Positions 27,790 through 38,069 are shown, counted from the stretch's first letter. The stretch is 43,014 bases of DNA from Methanosarcinales archaeon (GCA_004212095.1 RXIJ01000033.1:1-43014); one strand, 5' to 3'. The notes: a model not told the origin generated them from the letters alone. A program made the numbers and translations.

Positions 27790-28461
27790 TCAGTAATTTT
27801 TTTCTATCAATCCATCCTTCAGATAGATAACTCTGTCAACGTATTCTTTGTGCCACTCTTCGTGTGTGACCATTACGATCGTCTGGTTTAATTCCTCGTT
27901 TAACTCCTTAAATAGCTCCAGAATTTGTCGTGAGGATTTTGTATCCAGGTTTGCGCAGGGTTCATCTGCAAAGAGTATTTTTGGCTTATTGATAAGTGCT
28001 CTTGCGATTGCAACTCGCTGTTGCTCTCCTCCGGAAAGCTCCTGTGGAAGGTGATGCAGTCTGTCACCAAGACCAACGGTTTTTAAGAGGTCACTACTTG
28101 ATTTTAAGTATAATTCTTTTTTTTCTCCTCGCATCATGGCTGGAAGGCAAACATTCTCTGTAGCGGTAAGTTCGGGTAGTATTGCGTATTCCTGGAAGAC
28201 ATAACCCAGTCGTGTCAGTCTGTATACGGTTTTTTCGTGGTCTGAAAGGCTTAAAACGTCGACCCCATCAATCATAATCTTACCTTCTGTTGGAGTGTCA
28301 AGCAGACCAAGCTGATGGAGTAGTGTGCTTTTTCCTGAACCACTTGGCCCCATCATAGCAACGAACTCGCCCTCGTCAATCTTGCATGTTACTCCTTTGA
28401 GTGCGTGAACCTCAACTTTGCCCATGACATAAATTCTCTTTAGGTCTTGAACTCGTATCAT
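27790..28461 (-). CDS. ABC ATP-binding protein, LolD/MacB type
   Basis: GPSGSGKSTLL, LSGGEQQRVAIARAL, ADEPCANLD, VTHE. Confidence 0.93.
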   Translation of the reverse strand: MIRVQDLKRIYVMGKVEVHALKGVTCKIDEGEFVAMMGPSGSGKSTLLHQLGLLDTPTEGKIMIDGVDVLSLSDHEKTVYRLTRLGYVFQEYAILPELTATENVCLPAMMRGEKKELYLKSSSDLLKTVGLGDRLHHLPQELSGGEQQRVAIARALINKPKILFADEPCANLDTKSSRQILELFKELNEELNQTIVMVTHEEWHKEYVDRVIYLKDGLIEKNY

Positions 28462-28462
28462 T

Positions 28463-29662
28463 CTAACCCCAGATTGATTTTAATATGTTCTCATTTGCAG
28501 TCTTCCATGAAGGGACAAACCCAGCAATTAGCGAAACAGCGATTAGGCCAGTTATGCTCTGGATTATAAGTTGTTGTTCTACCAGTGGTTTGACATTACC
28601 CATAGGAAAATCTATGGGATTTGCTATCATGTAAGATATTAAAAAGTACAGCAGAAGTGATCCTATTGTAATTCCTGAGAAGCAGTAGAATAATGACTGT
28701 ATTACATAAGAACGGATTATAATGCTTTTTTCTATTCCAACAGCTTTTAAGATGCCTATCTGTTTTCTTTTGTTGACCGTGTTAATGTAGATGATGATGA
28801 ATATCACGATAACTGCCATTATCAGACTGATAACAGTTGAGATAACAGTGATAAGCGAAAAACTGCTGATTATATCTCCTGTAATTCCACCAGCCTTATC
28901 TTCCCATGTTTTTATGTCCTCACTTATTCCAAGTTCCATAAATTTCTTCTTAAACACTTCTTCAGTCCCTCTCTGGTTAAGTTTAACAAGAATTTCTGAG
29001 GCTTTGTTCTCCATTCCAAGAACCGACTCCATCTCTTTTTCTGTGATGAATGCAGAGCCGTCAGCCACAAAAGATTTTGTTTTAAAAATTCCTTTAACTC
29101 GATACTCTCTTATAATTCCGTTTCTGAAGGTTACCGTGATTTTATCGCCAACTCTCACGCCGCCAAGGTCTCGCTCTTCAGCTTCTTTCCCCTCTTTGCC
29201 AGCCAGATCGATGCCCAGTAAAATTTCATCGGTATCAGCTTCACTCAGATAGTCTCCCTCTATTATCCCTGTGTGGGTTTTTGTAACCGTTACTTCATCA
29301 ATGGGGTTTATTGAATAAATCGCCCCACTCACAAATTTATCTTCGCAAGCGAACGTTGCGCCAGAAATATAGTGTGCCGATGCTCCGGCAACGCCAGGCA
29401 AACTGTTCACTTTCTTCCGGATGCTGTCAACATTATTTATGTAGAGATTATCCTTCTTTGGCTCAATAAAAATATTAGAATACGTGTAGTCTATCAGCAT
29501 CACATTCATACCTTCCCCAATGCCTGAAACGATTGAAGGGAGGAATACAAGATTTACAAATATCATAGACATTATCGCAACTGTTAAAATGGTTGTACCT
29601 ATGTTGCCCCTTCTCAGAGATTTATACGCTAAGAAAAAGGAAATTTTAAAGTTATTGAGCAT
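28463..29662 (-). CDS. MacB/FtsX-like ABC permease
   Basis: N-terminal TM segment, large extracytoplasmic loop, KRKQIGILKAVG, three C-terminal TM segments. Confidence 0.9.
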   Translation of the reverse strand: MLNNFKISFFLAYKSLRRGNIGTTILTVAIMSMIFVNLVFLPSIVSGIGEGMNVMLIDYTYSNIFIEPKKDNLYINNVDSIRKKVNSLPGVAGASAHYISGATFACEDKFVSGAIYSINPIDEVTVTKTHTGIIEGDYLSEADTDEILLGIDLAGKEGKEAEERDLGGVRVGDKITVTFRNGIIREYRVKGIFKTKSFVADGSAFITEKEMESVLGMENKASEILVKLNQRGTEEVFKKKFMELGISEDIKTWEDKAGGITGDIISSFSLITVISTVISLIMAVIVIFIIIYINTVNKRKQIGILKAVGIEKSIIIRSYVIQSLFYCFSGITIGSLLLYFLISYMIANPIDFPMGNVKPLVEQQLIIQSITGLIAVSLIAGFVPSWKTANENILKSIWG

Positions 29663-29670
29663 GGTTATTC

Positions 29671-30936
29671 CTATGTCTTTCGCTTTTCACCTGCAATCTT
29701 AAAATAGTAGAAACCAACAATAACCAGAACAAGGAGGATAATCATAACAGCGCCAACTGCTGCACTCACCTTTTTATCACCTTTAACAACAAGGTTCAGT
29801 TCTTCTATAATAGTGTGTTCTCCAAAATCATCTTCATAGTCTATTGAAAGAGTGTAATTGAACTCGCCGCCTCTGTCTGGTATTATGGTGAATACCGCAG
29901 GGCTGTCATCATCGGCTTCTATTTCTCCAAGAAAAGCTTCTTTCACTCCTGAAAATGGCAGATCTTTTATGGATGCTTTAATAGACTTTGCATCTCCCTT
30001 CCCCACGTTTTCAAGCCTGATCATTAGTGTCATCTCTTCATTAACTTTCCCAAGCAAAGGGTCGGTTTTGATGCTTGCAATGCTCAGTTTGGCTTTGCCC
30101 TGCACATCAAAACCAATGACTTCAGTTAGAGTTATATTTAATTTATTAGCTTCATCAACTCCTGTAAATTTGATTGGAATGCTATATGATGTTATCTTGG
30201 CATCTTTGCTGATCTTTAAATGGAACAATACTGTTTCTGATTCTCCAGCATTCAGTTTTTGAATGAATTTACTACTGTCATCCAGTGCAATTATTTCTGG
30301 AAGATTGTCCAGCACCAAACTTACCCTTATATTCTTAACGTTGCCTGTTCCTACACTCTTAAGATCTGTTTTAAGGATAATTTCATCTCCCGGAGTTATA
30401 ATCTGTGGAGAAATAGAAGAGTTTAGCAGCGCAAGATCTGGCTTTCCTTCAACATTGATTTTAATATTTTCCCTTGTACCAACGTTTCCCCCATCTGTTT
30501 TTGGTATCTTAAAAATTAACTCATATTCTCCAGACCTTGCAAGTGGGTCAACAGTGAAATAATAGTACGCATCGTAACTACTATATGGAGAGATCTTTGG
30601 TATTATCATCTCTGTACTTGTATGATGTTTAGCCTCCCAATGTGCCGCGTATTCGGTACTGATATATTTGAAATGAAATGGAAAAATTTCTTCTAAGTTC
30701 AGAACAACATCCTTGGCAGGATCGTTTCCATAATTTTGAATGCTAATTTTTACGAGTATATCTTCTCCGGGTCTTGCTGGCTGAGGACTGATTTCTGTTG
30801 CCAATATCCCAATGTTAACACTCGACGGTGTTTCATAAACACCCGCAGAAATTAATGGGCACAGTACAACCACGATTAACAGAACTGTTGCCAATCCGAA
30901 CATTATATCCATTTTCTTGATTTGTATCATTCTCAT
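29671..30936 (-). CDS. COG1361 S-layer-domain (Ig-like repeat) membrane-anchored protein
   Basis: Signal peptide, repeated NxGxxxAKxV motifs, C-terminal TM segment and basic tail; upstream of the permease and ATPase. Confidence 0.82.
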   Translation of the reverse strand: MRMIQIKKMDIMFGLATVLLIVVVLCPLISAGVYETPSSVNIGILATEISPQPARPGEDILVKISIQNYGNDPAKDVVLNLEEIFPFHFKYISTEYAAHWEAKHHTSTEMIIPKISPYSSYDAYYYFTVDPLARSGEYELIFKIPKTDGGNVGTRENIKINVEGKPDLALLNSSISPQIITPGDEIILKTDLKSVGTGNVKNIRVSLVLDNLPEIIALDDSSKFIQKLNAGESETVLFHLKISKDAKITSYSIPIKFTGVDEANKLNITLTEVIGFDVQGKAKLSIASIKTDPLLGKVNEEMTLMIRLENVGKGDAKSIKASIKDLPFSGVKEAFLGEIEADDDSPAVFTIIPDRGGEFNYTLSIDYEDDFGEHTIIEELNLVVKGDKKVSAAVGAVMIILLVLVIVGFYYFKIAGEKRKT

Positions 30937-30972
30937 TGCCTCGATATCTTTTCAAAAGTTTTATCTCACATA

Positions 30973-31060
30973 GTTGTTAAAACAACCATTGAGTTGTATC
31001 GTAATATGTGTAGAAGGTATAAACAGTTTACACTCTTAATACAACGTGCAAGGAGTTGTA
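30973..31060. promoter_or_regulatory. Palindromic candidate operators in the divergent S-layer/TrmB intergenic region
   Basis: GTTGTT-AA-AACAAC (30973-30986), ACAAC-N6-GTTGT (30982-30997), GTATAAAC-A-GTTTACAC (31017-31033), TACAAC-N9-GTTGTA (31040-31060). Confidence 0.45.
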
Positions 31061-31061
31061 A

Positions 31062-31910
31062 ATGGATAAAAGAAGGCTGCTTCGAGAACTTGGGTTGACA
31101 AAGTACGAAACTGACGCATATTTAAACATCTTAGAGCGAGGAATGGTAGAAGCAAGCACAATAAACAAAGAAGCAAAAATCCCATTTGGAAAAATCTATG
31201 AAACATTGAACATGTTAGCCAGCAAAGGATTAATTGATGTCCAAAATACACGACCAAAGAAATATAAGGCAAAAAAACCAGAATTAGCATTCGACAATCT
31301 TTTTAAAGATAAAAAAGAAGATATGGAAAATGATTTACAAAAAACAAGAGAGACAATAACACAGATCCGAGAAGAAATAACCAAAATACATACAAAGCAA
31401 CCAAAAGAAAAAATATTCTGGACAACTGCTGTCGGCGATGAAGTGGGAGAACTGATTCGATCTAACTTTGAAGAAGCTGAAAAAGAAATTTGTATTCTTA
31501 TCTACTACAAACACCAGCAAACCCCTAAACATCAATTTGAAGGAGAAAAATTGTCTATAATGAATGAGGTCATTAAAGCCATAATGCGCGGCGTCAAAGT
31601 AAAAGCACTGCTCTCTAGGGATTTCAAACTTCAGCACATGAACGTTCTTAAAAAATTCAACACGATAGAAAAAACATTGAAAACTATTGAAATAAGGATT
31701 GTAGATGATCCTCCGCCAGCCCATTTCATGATCATCGACTCCGAAAAAGTTGTTCTACGAGTAGACGATCCTACAGACTTAAATAAAATATTAGCCATAA
31801 TAAAAATATGGGACGTAAAATTAGCAAAAAAACTAAAAGACAAATTTGACGAAATATGGAATGAATCAGAACCGTTTGAACTAACACAACATACTAACTC
31901 GACTGAGTGA
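31062..31910 (+). CDS. TrmB-family transcriptional regulator
   Basis: LRELGLTKYETDAY...IPFGKIYETLNMLASKGLI...RPKKYKA; C-terminal PLD-like effector domain (FMIIDSEKV). Confidence 0.9.
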   Translation: MDKRRLLRELGLTKYETDAYLNILERGMVEASTINKEAKIPFGKIYETLNMLASKGLIDVQNTRPKKYKAKKPELAFDNLFKDKKEDMENDLQKTRETITQIREEITKIHTKQPKEKIFWTTAVGDEVGELIRSNFEEAEKEICILIYYKHQQTPKHQFEGEKLSIMNEVIKAIMRGVKVKALLSRDFKLQHMNVLKKFNTIEKTLKTIEIRIVDDPPPAHFMIIDSEKVVLRVDDPTDLNKILAIIKIWDVKLAKKLKDKFDEIWNESEPFELTQHTNSTE

Positions 31911-31920
31911 AATTCATGTA

Positions 31921-32310
31921 TGTTCGGTTAAGAGATTAATCATTCCAAACTATTAATATATTTATATATCAAATCGATTATCATATTTTGTGATGTTGAT
32001 ATGGATATAAATAATGAAAAGAAGGTCGATCCTACGGTAGAGACGATCGTTGAGATATTTTCGGAATAGTTTCTGAGAAACACTGCACGATAGACGGGGG
32101 TTGTTAAAAGGGAGCGTAAAATTGACCCAGTCATTCTTTTTTGAGTGCTAACGCCTGGGTTTGGGGTGCGTTTTTTGAGTGCTATCAGAGGGCTTAAGCG
32201 GGAATACGAGGAAAAAACAGATATAAAACTCAGGTATAAGCAGTTTCTACGACCGGTTTACACCTGAAATGGTGAATTTTCTTAGGAGATGCGTGCTTCA
32301 TGCTTTTGAG
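31921..32310 (+). mobile_element. IS4-family 5' remnant with left terminal inverted repeat
   Basis: TGTTCGGTTAAG at 31921. Stop-interrupted TAR*TGVVKRERKIDPVILF*VLTPGFG resembles an ISH8-group N-terminus. Confidence 0.7.
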
Positions 32311-32609
32311 CGACAAATTAAAGTATTTTGAAGATTTGTGTCATTCTTTTCACCCACCCCAAACAAGAAAATCTTCCCCTCAGTTGGATTTACCCGGGAT
32401 TTTAGCCGTTTAATATTTTCACATCCGCATTTGATTTTTTCCTCGGTTGCAAGTAATTAAAGGAACTGAAAACCACGGACCAAGTCAAATCGGATGGCAG
32501 GAGCCTATGGGGAAGTTGGGAGTGCACTTTAGTTATATCAGTCAGAAAGCCAAAAGTAACTGCATGAATCGCTGCAGCTTCCATTGGACAGGTACGCGGT
32601 CATCAGAGT

Positions 32610-32659
32610 GTGTTTGACGCTATAGCATCAAAGGAGCGTGAAAGCACAACCTTAAAGTA
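32610..32659 (+). pseudogene. uvrA: uvrA N-terminal relic
   Basis: GTG-FDAI, a one-base frameshift, then IKGA*KHNLK, matching the UvrA start motif IxIKGAREHNLK; directly upstream of uvrC. Confidence 0.6.
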
Positions 32660-32712
32660 TGACAGCGAAACTTCCATACGAGAACCATAAAATTTTTCAC
32701 AGCAAAATAGCC

Positions 32713-34263
32713 ATGATCGACCCGTCCAAACTACCAGAACACCCAGGATGTTACCTTTTCAAAGATGCTACCGGTGAGATTATCTATGTCGGAAAAGCTA
32801 AGAATCTGAGAAAAAGGGTTAAGAGCTACTTTCAGAAGAACGATCTCGACCCAAAGACCATGGCGATGGTTAAGAGGATTGATTTTGTTGATTTTATCGT
32901 GACTGACAATGAGGTTGAGGCATTGATCCTTGAGAACAACCTCATAAAGAAAAACAAACCAAAATATAACATCGACTTGAAGGATTCAAAGCGGTATGCG
33001 TACATCGAACTAACAGACGAGAAGTTTCCACGGCTTCTCGTTGCAAGAAGAAGAGTTGGCACTGGCAAGTTCTTCGGACCATTCGTCTCAGCTGCCGCAC
33101 GCGATTATATCTTATCTTCCCTGAAGAAGACATTTCAGGTTAGAACATGCAAAAGGATGCCGAAGAAGCCGTGTTTGAGGCACCAGATTGACTTGTGTCA
33201 AGCGCCATGTATAGGAAAGATTGATAGCACCGAGTATTCTGACAGGATGAAAGTAATCGAGTCAATCCTCAAAGGCAAAACAGATGAACTCATTAAATCC
33301 AAAAAAAACGAGATTCTGGAAGCATCGGCAGAGTTAGACTTTGAGCGTGCTCTCAAATTGCGTAACCAGATCGAAGCGATCGAATGGCTGAAAGAAAAAC
33401 AGAACGTGCAGCTCAATAAAAAATACGATGAAGATATAATCAATTACATCGTAAGAAATAGTAGGGTTTATCTTATCCTGTTTAACATCTACAAGGGCAT
33501 CCTTGAAAATAAACAGGAGTTTGAATTCGATTGCAGCGATAAGTTCCTTGAAGAGTTCCTGGTCCAGTATTATTCAGGAAATACAATACCTGCCGAGATA
33601 ATACTCCCTCGCGAGATTAATGGTTCGCTGATTTCATTTCTCAGAGTCAAAAGAGGGGATAAAGTAGCTGTAAAGGTTCCAAAGATCGGAGACAAGAAGC
33701 AACTACTGTATCTCGTCCGGAAGAACATCGAAGCATCATTTTTTTCTGATATCGAGAAACTTGATGACCTTAAAGATAAACTTCACCTGACGAAGCCTCC
33801 GATTGTAATCGAGTGCTTTGACATATCGCACATCTCAGGAACGTCTACCGTGGGGTCCATGGTGCAATTTAGGAATGCATTGCCTGATAAAAGCAATTAC
33901 AGGCGGTTTAAGATCAGGACAGTTGAAGGCATAGACGACACGAGAGCGATTGGTGAAATTGTCAGGAGGCGATACGCAAGGCTTCTCAACGACGGCTTGG
34001 ATCTTCCTGACCTGATTGTAATCGATGGCGGCATAGGACAGTTGAATTCCGGAGCAAGAGAGCTTAAAAAACTTGGTCTTGAAATTCCCATCATATCCAT
34101 TGCAAAGAGGCTTGAAGAAGTGTACCTGCTGGAACTCGCGTTTCCGCTGAAACTTCCCAAGAAAAGCAAAGCACTGAAACTGATACAGCAGATAAGGGAT
34201 GAAGCACACAGGTTTGCAATCAGTTATAGCAGGTTGCTACACAAAAAGGAATTATTAAAATGA
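32713..34263 (+). CDS. uvrC: Excinuclease ABC subunit C
   Basis: GIY-YIG (PGCYLFKD..IIYVGKAKNLRKRV), ECFDISH, PDLIVIDGGIGQ, IRDEAHRFA; no C-terminal HhH domain. Confidence 0.96.
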   Translation: MIDPSKLPEHPGCYLFKDATGEIIYVGKAKNLRKRVKSYFQKNDLDPKTMAMVKRIDFVDFIVTDNEVEALILENNLIKKNKPKYNIDLKDSKRYAYIELTDEKFPRLLVARRRVGTGKFFGPFVSAAARDYILSSLKKTFQVRTCKRMPKKPCLRHQIDLCQAPCIGKIDSTEYSDRMKVIESILKGKTDELIKSKKNEILEASAELDFERALKLRNQIEAIEWLKEKQNVQLNKKYDEDIINYIVRNSRVYLILFNIYKGILENKQEFEFDCSDKFLEEFLVQYYSGNTIPAEIILPREINGSLISFLRVKRGDKVAVKVPKIGDKKQLLYLVRKNIEASFFSDIEKLDDLKDKLHLTKPPIVIECFDISHISGTSTVGSMVQFRNALPDKSNYRRFKIRTVEGIDDTRAIGEIVRRRYARLLNDGLDLPDLIVIDGGIGQLNSGARELKKLGLEIPIISIAKRLEEVYLLELAFPLKLPKKSKALKLIQQIRDEAHRFAISYSRLLHKKELLK

Positions 34264-36191
34264 AATTTAAACTTAAATCGGATTTCAAGCCAGAGGGTTC
34301 GCAGCCAGAAGCAATACGAAAGTTGGTTGCAGGCATAAGAAAGAATTATAACTACCAGACTCTTCTCGGTGTCACAGGCTCAGGAAAGACGTTTACCATA
34401 GCAAACGTCATAAATGAGATCCGGAAACCTACACTGGTTCTCGCCCACAACAAAACCCTTGCAGCCCAGTTGTACAATGAGTTCAAAGAGTTCTTTCCAT
34501 GGAACCGGGTTGAGTACTTCGTGTCCTACTATGACTTCTACCAGCCGGAATCATACATACCACAGAAAGACCAGTACATCGAAAAAGATGCCCAGATAAA
34601 CTCCAAGATCGAGCAGATGAGGCTTGCCGCAACCGCATCATTGTCTTCAAGAAAGGATGTAATAATCGTTGCATCAGTTTCATGTATTTACGGTATCGGA
34701 AACCCCGAAAACTTCAAAAAAATGGGGTTTGAACTAACGATCGGACAAAAAATACCAAGAAACGAATTCTTGAAGAAACTTGTAGCGATACAGTTCGAAA
34801 GAAACGATACCGAACTTATGCCAGGGCGTTTCAGGGTAAGGGGCGATACAATCGATTTTATCCCGGGATACTTCAACAATATCATACGTGTGGAGATGTT
34901 CGGGGATGAAATCGAGACAATTGCCGAGATTAACAAAAATACGGGTAATGTCATAGAAAAAATCAAATATTTCTTTATTTATCCTGCAAGACACTTTGTA
35001 ATCCCTGAAAACCGGATCAAAGAAGCGATCGAATCGATGAAATCGGAACTTGAGAGAGATCTGCCGAAATTGGGAATGATTGAAGCCCACCGACTGAGAG
35101 AGAGAACCCTGTATGACATCGAAATGATCGAAGAAACAGGTTTTTGCAAGGGGATTGAGAATTACTCACTCCATTTCGACGGGAGAAAAAGAGGAGAAAA
35201 ACCCTATTCTCTCCTTGACTACTTCGGGGACGATTTTCTGATCATAATAGATGAAAGCCACCAGACAATCCCACAACTACACGGGATGTACAATGGAGAC
35301 TATTCCAGAAAGAAGAATCTGGTTGACTACGGTTTCAGGCTCCAGACAGCACTTGACAACCGTCCCCTGAAATTTAATGAGTTTGAAAAGTACATGAAAC
35401 AAAACAGGGTGATTTTCACATCAGCAACGCCGGGAAAGTACGAACGACACGAGTCAAGGCAGGTGGTTGAGCAGATTATAAGACCCACAGGTCTCGTTGA
35501 TCCGGTGGTCTTTGTACGACCAATAAAAGGTCAGATCGATGACCTGAAAAAAGAGATTGGTGTTACGATAAAACGCGGCGACCGGGTGCTTGTTACAACG
35601 ATTACAAAGAGGCTTGCCGAAGAATTAACAGAATACCTGGCAGAACAGGGGATAAAAACAAGATACCTTCATTCCGACATCAACACACTCGAACGAACCG
35701 AAATAATAAGAGAACTCCGGCTGGGAAAGTTTGACGTTCTTGTCGGGATAAATCTCCTGAGAGAAGGGCTCGACATACCGGAAGTCGGGTTCATCGGGAT
35801 ACTTGATGCTGACAAGGAAGGGTTCCTGCGGGACACCAAAAGCCTGATACAAACCATAGGAAGGGCTGCACGAAACGTGAACTCAAAAGTAGTGCTGTAC
35901 GCAGATAAAGAGACCGATTCCATAAAACAAGCTGTAAAAGAAACAGAACGGCGGAGAAAGCTTCAGACAACATATAACAAGGAGCATGGCATCACTCCTG
36001 AAACGATCGTAAAGGCAATCAAGGAAAAGGAGATCGAAGTAAAGGACACAAAACACATACCAAAAAAGGATATTCCAAACCTAATTATAGAAATTGATGC
36101 AGAGATGAGGCAAGCTGCTGACAAACTCGACTTTGAAAAGGCAATTGTACTTAGAGAGAAGATTACCGAACTCAAGAAAAGAATCGGGTGA
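34260..36191 (+). CDS. uvrB: Excinuclease ABC subunit B
   Basis: LLGVTGSGKTFT, YFVSYYDFYQPESY, DESH, GINLLREGLDIPEV, C-terminal UVR domain. Confidence 0.98.
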   Translation: MKFKLKSDFKPEGSQPEAIRKLVAGIRKNYNYQTLLGVTGSGKTFTIANVINEIRKPTLVLAHNKTLAAQLYNEFKEFFPWNRVEYFVSYYDFYQPESYIPQKDQYIEKDAQINSKIEQMRLAATASLSSRKDVIIVASVSCIYGIGNPENFKKMGFELTIGQKIPRNEFLKKLVAIQFERNDTELMPGRFRVRGDTIDFIPGYFNNIIRVEMFGDEIETIAEINKNTGNVIEKIKYFFIYPARHFVIPENRIKEAIESMKSELERDLPKLGMIEAHRLRERTLYDIEMIEETGFCKGIENYSLHFDGRKRGEKPYSLLDYFGDDFLIIIDESHQTIPQLHGMYNGDYSRKKNLVDYGFRLQTALDNRPLKFNEFEKYMKQNRVIFTSATPGKYERHESRQVVEQIIRPTGLVDPVVFVRPIKGQIDDLKKEIGVTIKRGDRVLVTTITKRLAEELTEYLAEQGIKTRYLHSDINTLERTEIIRELRLGKFDVLVGINLLREGLDIPEVGFIGILDADKEGFLRDTKSLIQTIGRAARNVNSKVVLYADKETDSIKQAVKETERRRKLQTTYNKEHGITPETIVKAIKEKEIEVKDTKHIPKKDIPNLIIEIDAEMRQAADKLDFEKAIVLREKITELKKRIG

Positions 36192-36216
36192 GATATTAGG
36201 GGCTTGACCTGATACT

Positions 36217-36654
36217 TCAAGCAGCCTCTGCAAACGTCAATAAATAACCATTGCAATCCTCGATGTAAAACTCCTGCATCCCATAAAAAGTGGTATGTAA
36301 CTCCTTTATGATCGTAACGCTATCTTTCACTCTTGCATACAACTCTGAAACACCATCAAGTTCCATATACAATGTAAAAGTGCCACCAATCTCTTTGTCT
36401 TTCAGCGCAGGGATCGCATCAGTCAAACTTCTCTTCGCCTGAAACATTATTTCCACATCCCCAAACTTCACCATCGCATAATCCAGCAGCCGATCCTTCC
36501 GATAAGAAGTTAAAACCTCTTGAATTTCTTCTATAACTCCCATAACAAATTCAAATCCCAAAACTTCTTGGTAAAACTCTACGGTACTGTTCACGTCCTC
36601 GACCATCAAATTCGGAGCGAGTTTATTAATTGCCATGGTCTTATGTCCAGCCAT
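36217..36654 (-). CDS. VOC / glyoxalase-bleomycin resistance family protein
   Basis: PNLMVEDVNSTVEFYQEVLGF...TFYGMQEFYIEDCNGY. Confidence 0.88.
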   Translation of the reverse strand: MAGHKTMAINKLAPNLMVEDVNSTVEFYQEVLGFEFVMGVIEEIQEVLTSYRKDRLLDYAMVKFGDVEIMFQAKRSLTDAIPALKDKEIGGTFTLYMELDGVSELYARVKDSVTIIKELHTTFYGMQEFYIEDCNGYLLTFAEAA

Positions 36655-36696
36655 TCATCGCTTATAAGAGTTACCTTTTCTATGAACTGTCAACTT

Positions 36697-36936
36697 GGGG
36701 CTGTCAAATTACCACGTGAATTTCGTGTTTTTGATTTGACGAGTCTTTCATTATCTGTTGATGTTTCTTTGGTTTTATCCTAAGAAAATGTCTTGTTAAG
36801 GAGTTTGTGTTAAAAAAAGAGGATTTTAGACCTGGTTTTATCCTGAGAACGTGTCTTGTCAAGAAAAAAGAATCCCAACCAGTGTCAAGCAAGAAGTCTG
36901 ATCCGGCACCCCAACACCACGTAACGTGACAGCCCC
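36697..36936. mobile_element. 240-bp MITE-like element with 10-bp inverted ends
   Basis: GGGGCTGTCA (36697-36706) and TGACAGCCCC (36927-36936); no convincing ORF. Confidence 0.55.
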
Positions 36937-37170
36937 TTGATTGCAGCTTTGCACCTAAAGTGTTAATTCAATCCGACTTTAGGGTCAAGTATCATTATGT
37001 TGTCTTATCGGGTTCTGTTGTATTTACCTGCTCCTATCGCCACCCCCTCTCTGTCCATACTTACACCAACAAGCAATCCCACCAGTCATAGATGCCTCTG
37101 ACTGTGTGACAAGCTATTTGATGGAGGGTTGGTAACTGCAAATGATGGATGTTTTGTGCATCTTTTGATG

Positions 37171-37620
37171 TCAACTTTCGTTACTTTTAATATATTCAAT
37201 AATTTCTGCAATATCAGATTTACTAAGAAAAAATTTCTGTAGATGCGTACTTATTAATATAAATACAATACAAATAACCATCAAACTAAGTGAAATAAAC
37301 GAAAACACACACCCAACACTTAAAAATATATTGTTATGTGATATGATAAAAAGTAAACTAAGAATAGCAGAAGTGATTAAAAGCAAAGCACAAAAAGTAA
37401 AAATACCTATAGTTAGTTTGTTTGTGATTTTTGCAATTACTATGTATTTGAAATCTAATAATAACTTGAGTGCGGGAACTATCTCTTTTTTTAGTATAAT
37501 AAGAGATTTGGCTTGGGGAAGTCCAATCATTGCTATTAGAATAACAAAACCCAACGTAGCCAAATCTATCAAAGTTTGTGCTACAATGAGAGTATGACTT
37601 GGGTCATCTGTGATATTCAT
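37171..37620 (-). CDS. Hypothetical three-helix membrane protein (AT-rich cassette)
   Basis: Intact 149-aa ORF with three long hydrophobic segments; 4-bp ATGA overlap with the upstream gene. Confidence 0.7.
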   Translation of the reverse strand: MNITDDPSHTLIVAQTLIDLATLGFVILIAMIGLPQAKSLIILKKEIVPALKLLLDFKYIVIAKITNKLTIGIFTFCALLLITSAILSLLFIISHNNIFLSVGCVFSFISLSLMVICIVFILISTHLQKFFLSKSDIAEIIEYIKSNES

Positions 37621-38069
37621 AAGTCAATGCTTTTTTCAGAATCCCACCAACTATAGAATTTCTTTTTTAATATTTCCGTCACAATTTGAGGAACATCGAA
37701 TTGGAATAAATTTTCTTTACCAATTATCCCAATTTTATGTGATTTTTCAAGTCGAATATGTTTATCATCGATTATAAGCCAATGCATAGCTTTTTCACAA
37801 GGTTTAATTTGAATTTTATTATCGTGACGTGCGATATCAAAAAGCCATTTCACATCCTTTTTTCTTGATTCTATATCATTTGTTATGATAATTTTGGCAC
37901 TTTTAACTTTTTTTAATGCGTCTTCCATTACATTTTTAACATCATCATCGTTATAAAATTCTGAATTTAATTCCGTTGACATTAAAATGCTTTTTTTAGC
38001 TTTGCCAAATAACTCTATTATTTTCTTTTTTGTATCATCTGATTTGATCGTTTCTTCCATATTATTCAC
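37617..38069 (-). CDS. Hypothetical protein with a PLD-like fold (degenerate HKD)
   Basis: AKKSILMST...ALKKVKSAKIII...HWLIIDDKHIRLE...FYSWW follows a PLD-like secondary-structure pattern. The fold is an inference. Confidence 0.6.
   Translation of the reverse strand: MNNMEETIKSDDTKKKIIELFGKAKKSILMSTELNSEFYNDDDVKNVMEDALKKVKSAKIIITNDIESRKKDVKWLFDIARHDNKIQIKPCEKAMHWLIIDDKHIRLEKSHKIGIIGKENLFQFDVPQIVTEILKKKFYSWWDSEKSIDL

Noticed and set aside
32320-32605. Additional IS or gene fragment upstream of the uvrA relic
   Set aside because: Probably debris, but I could not support any motif or terminal repeat pair.
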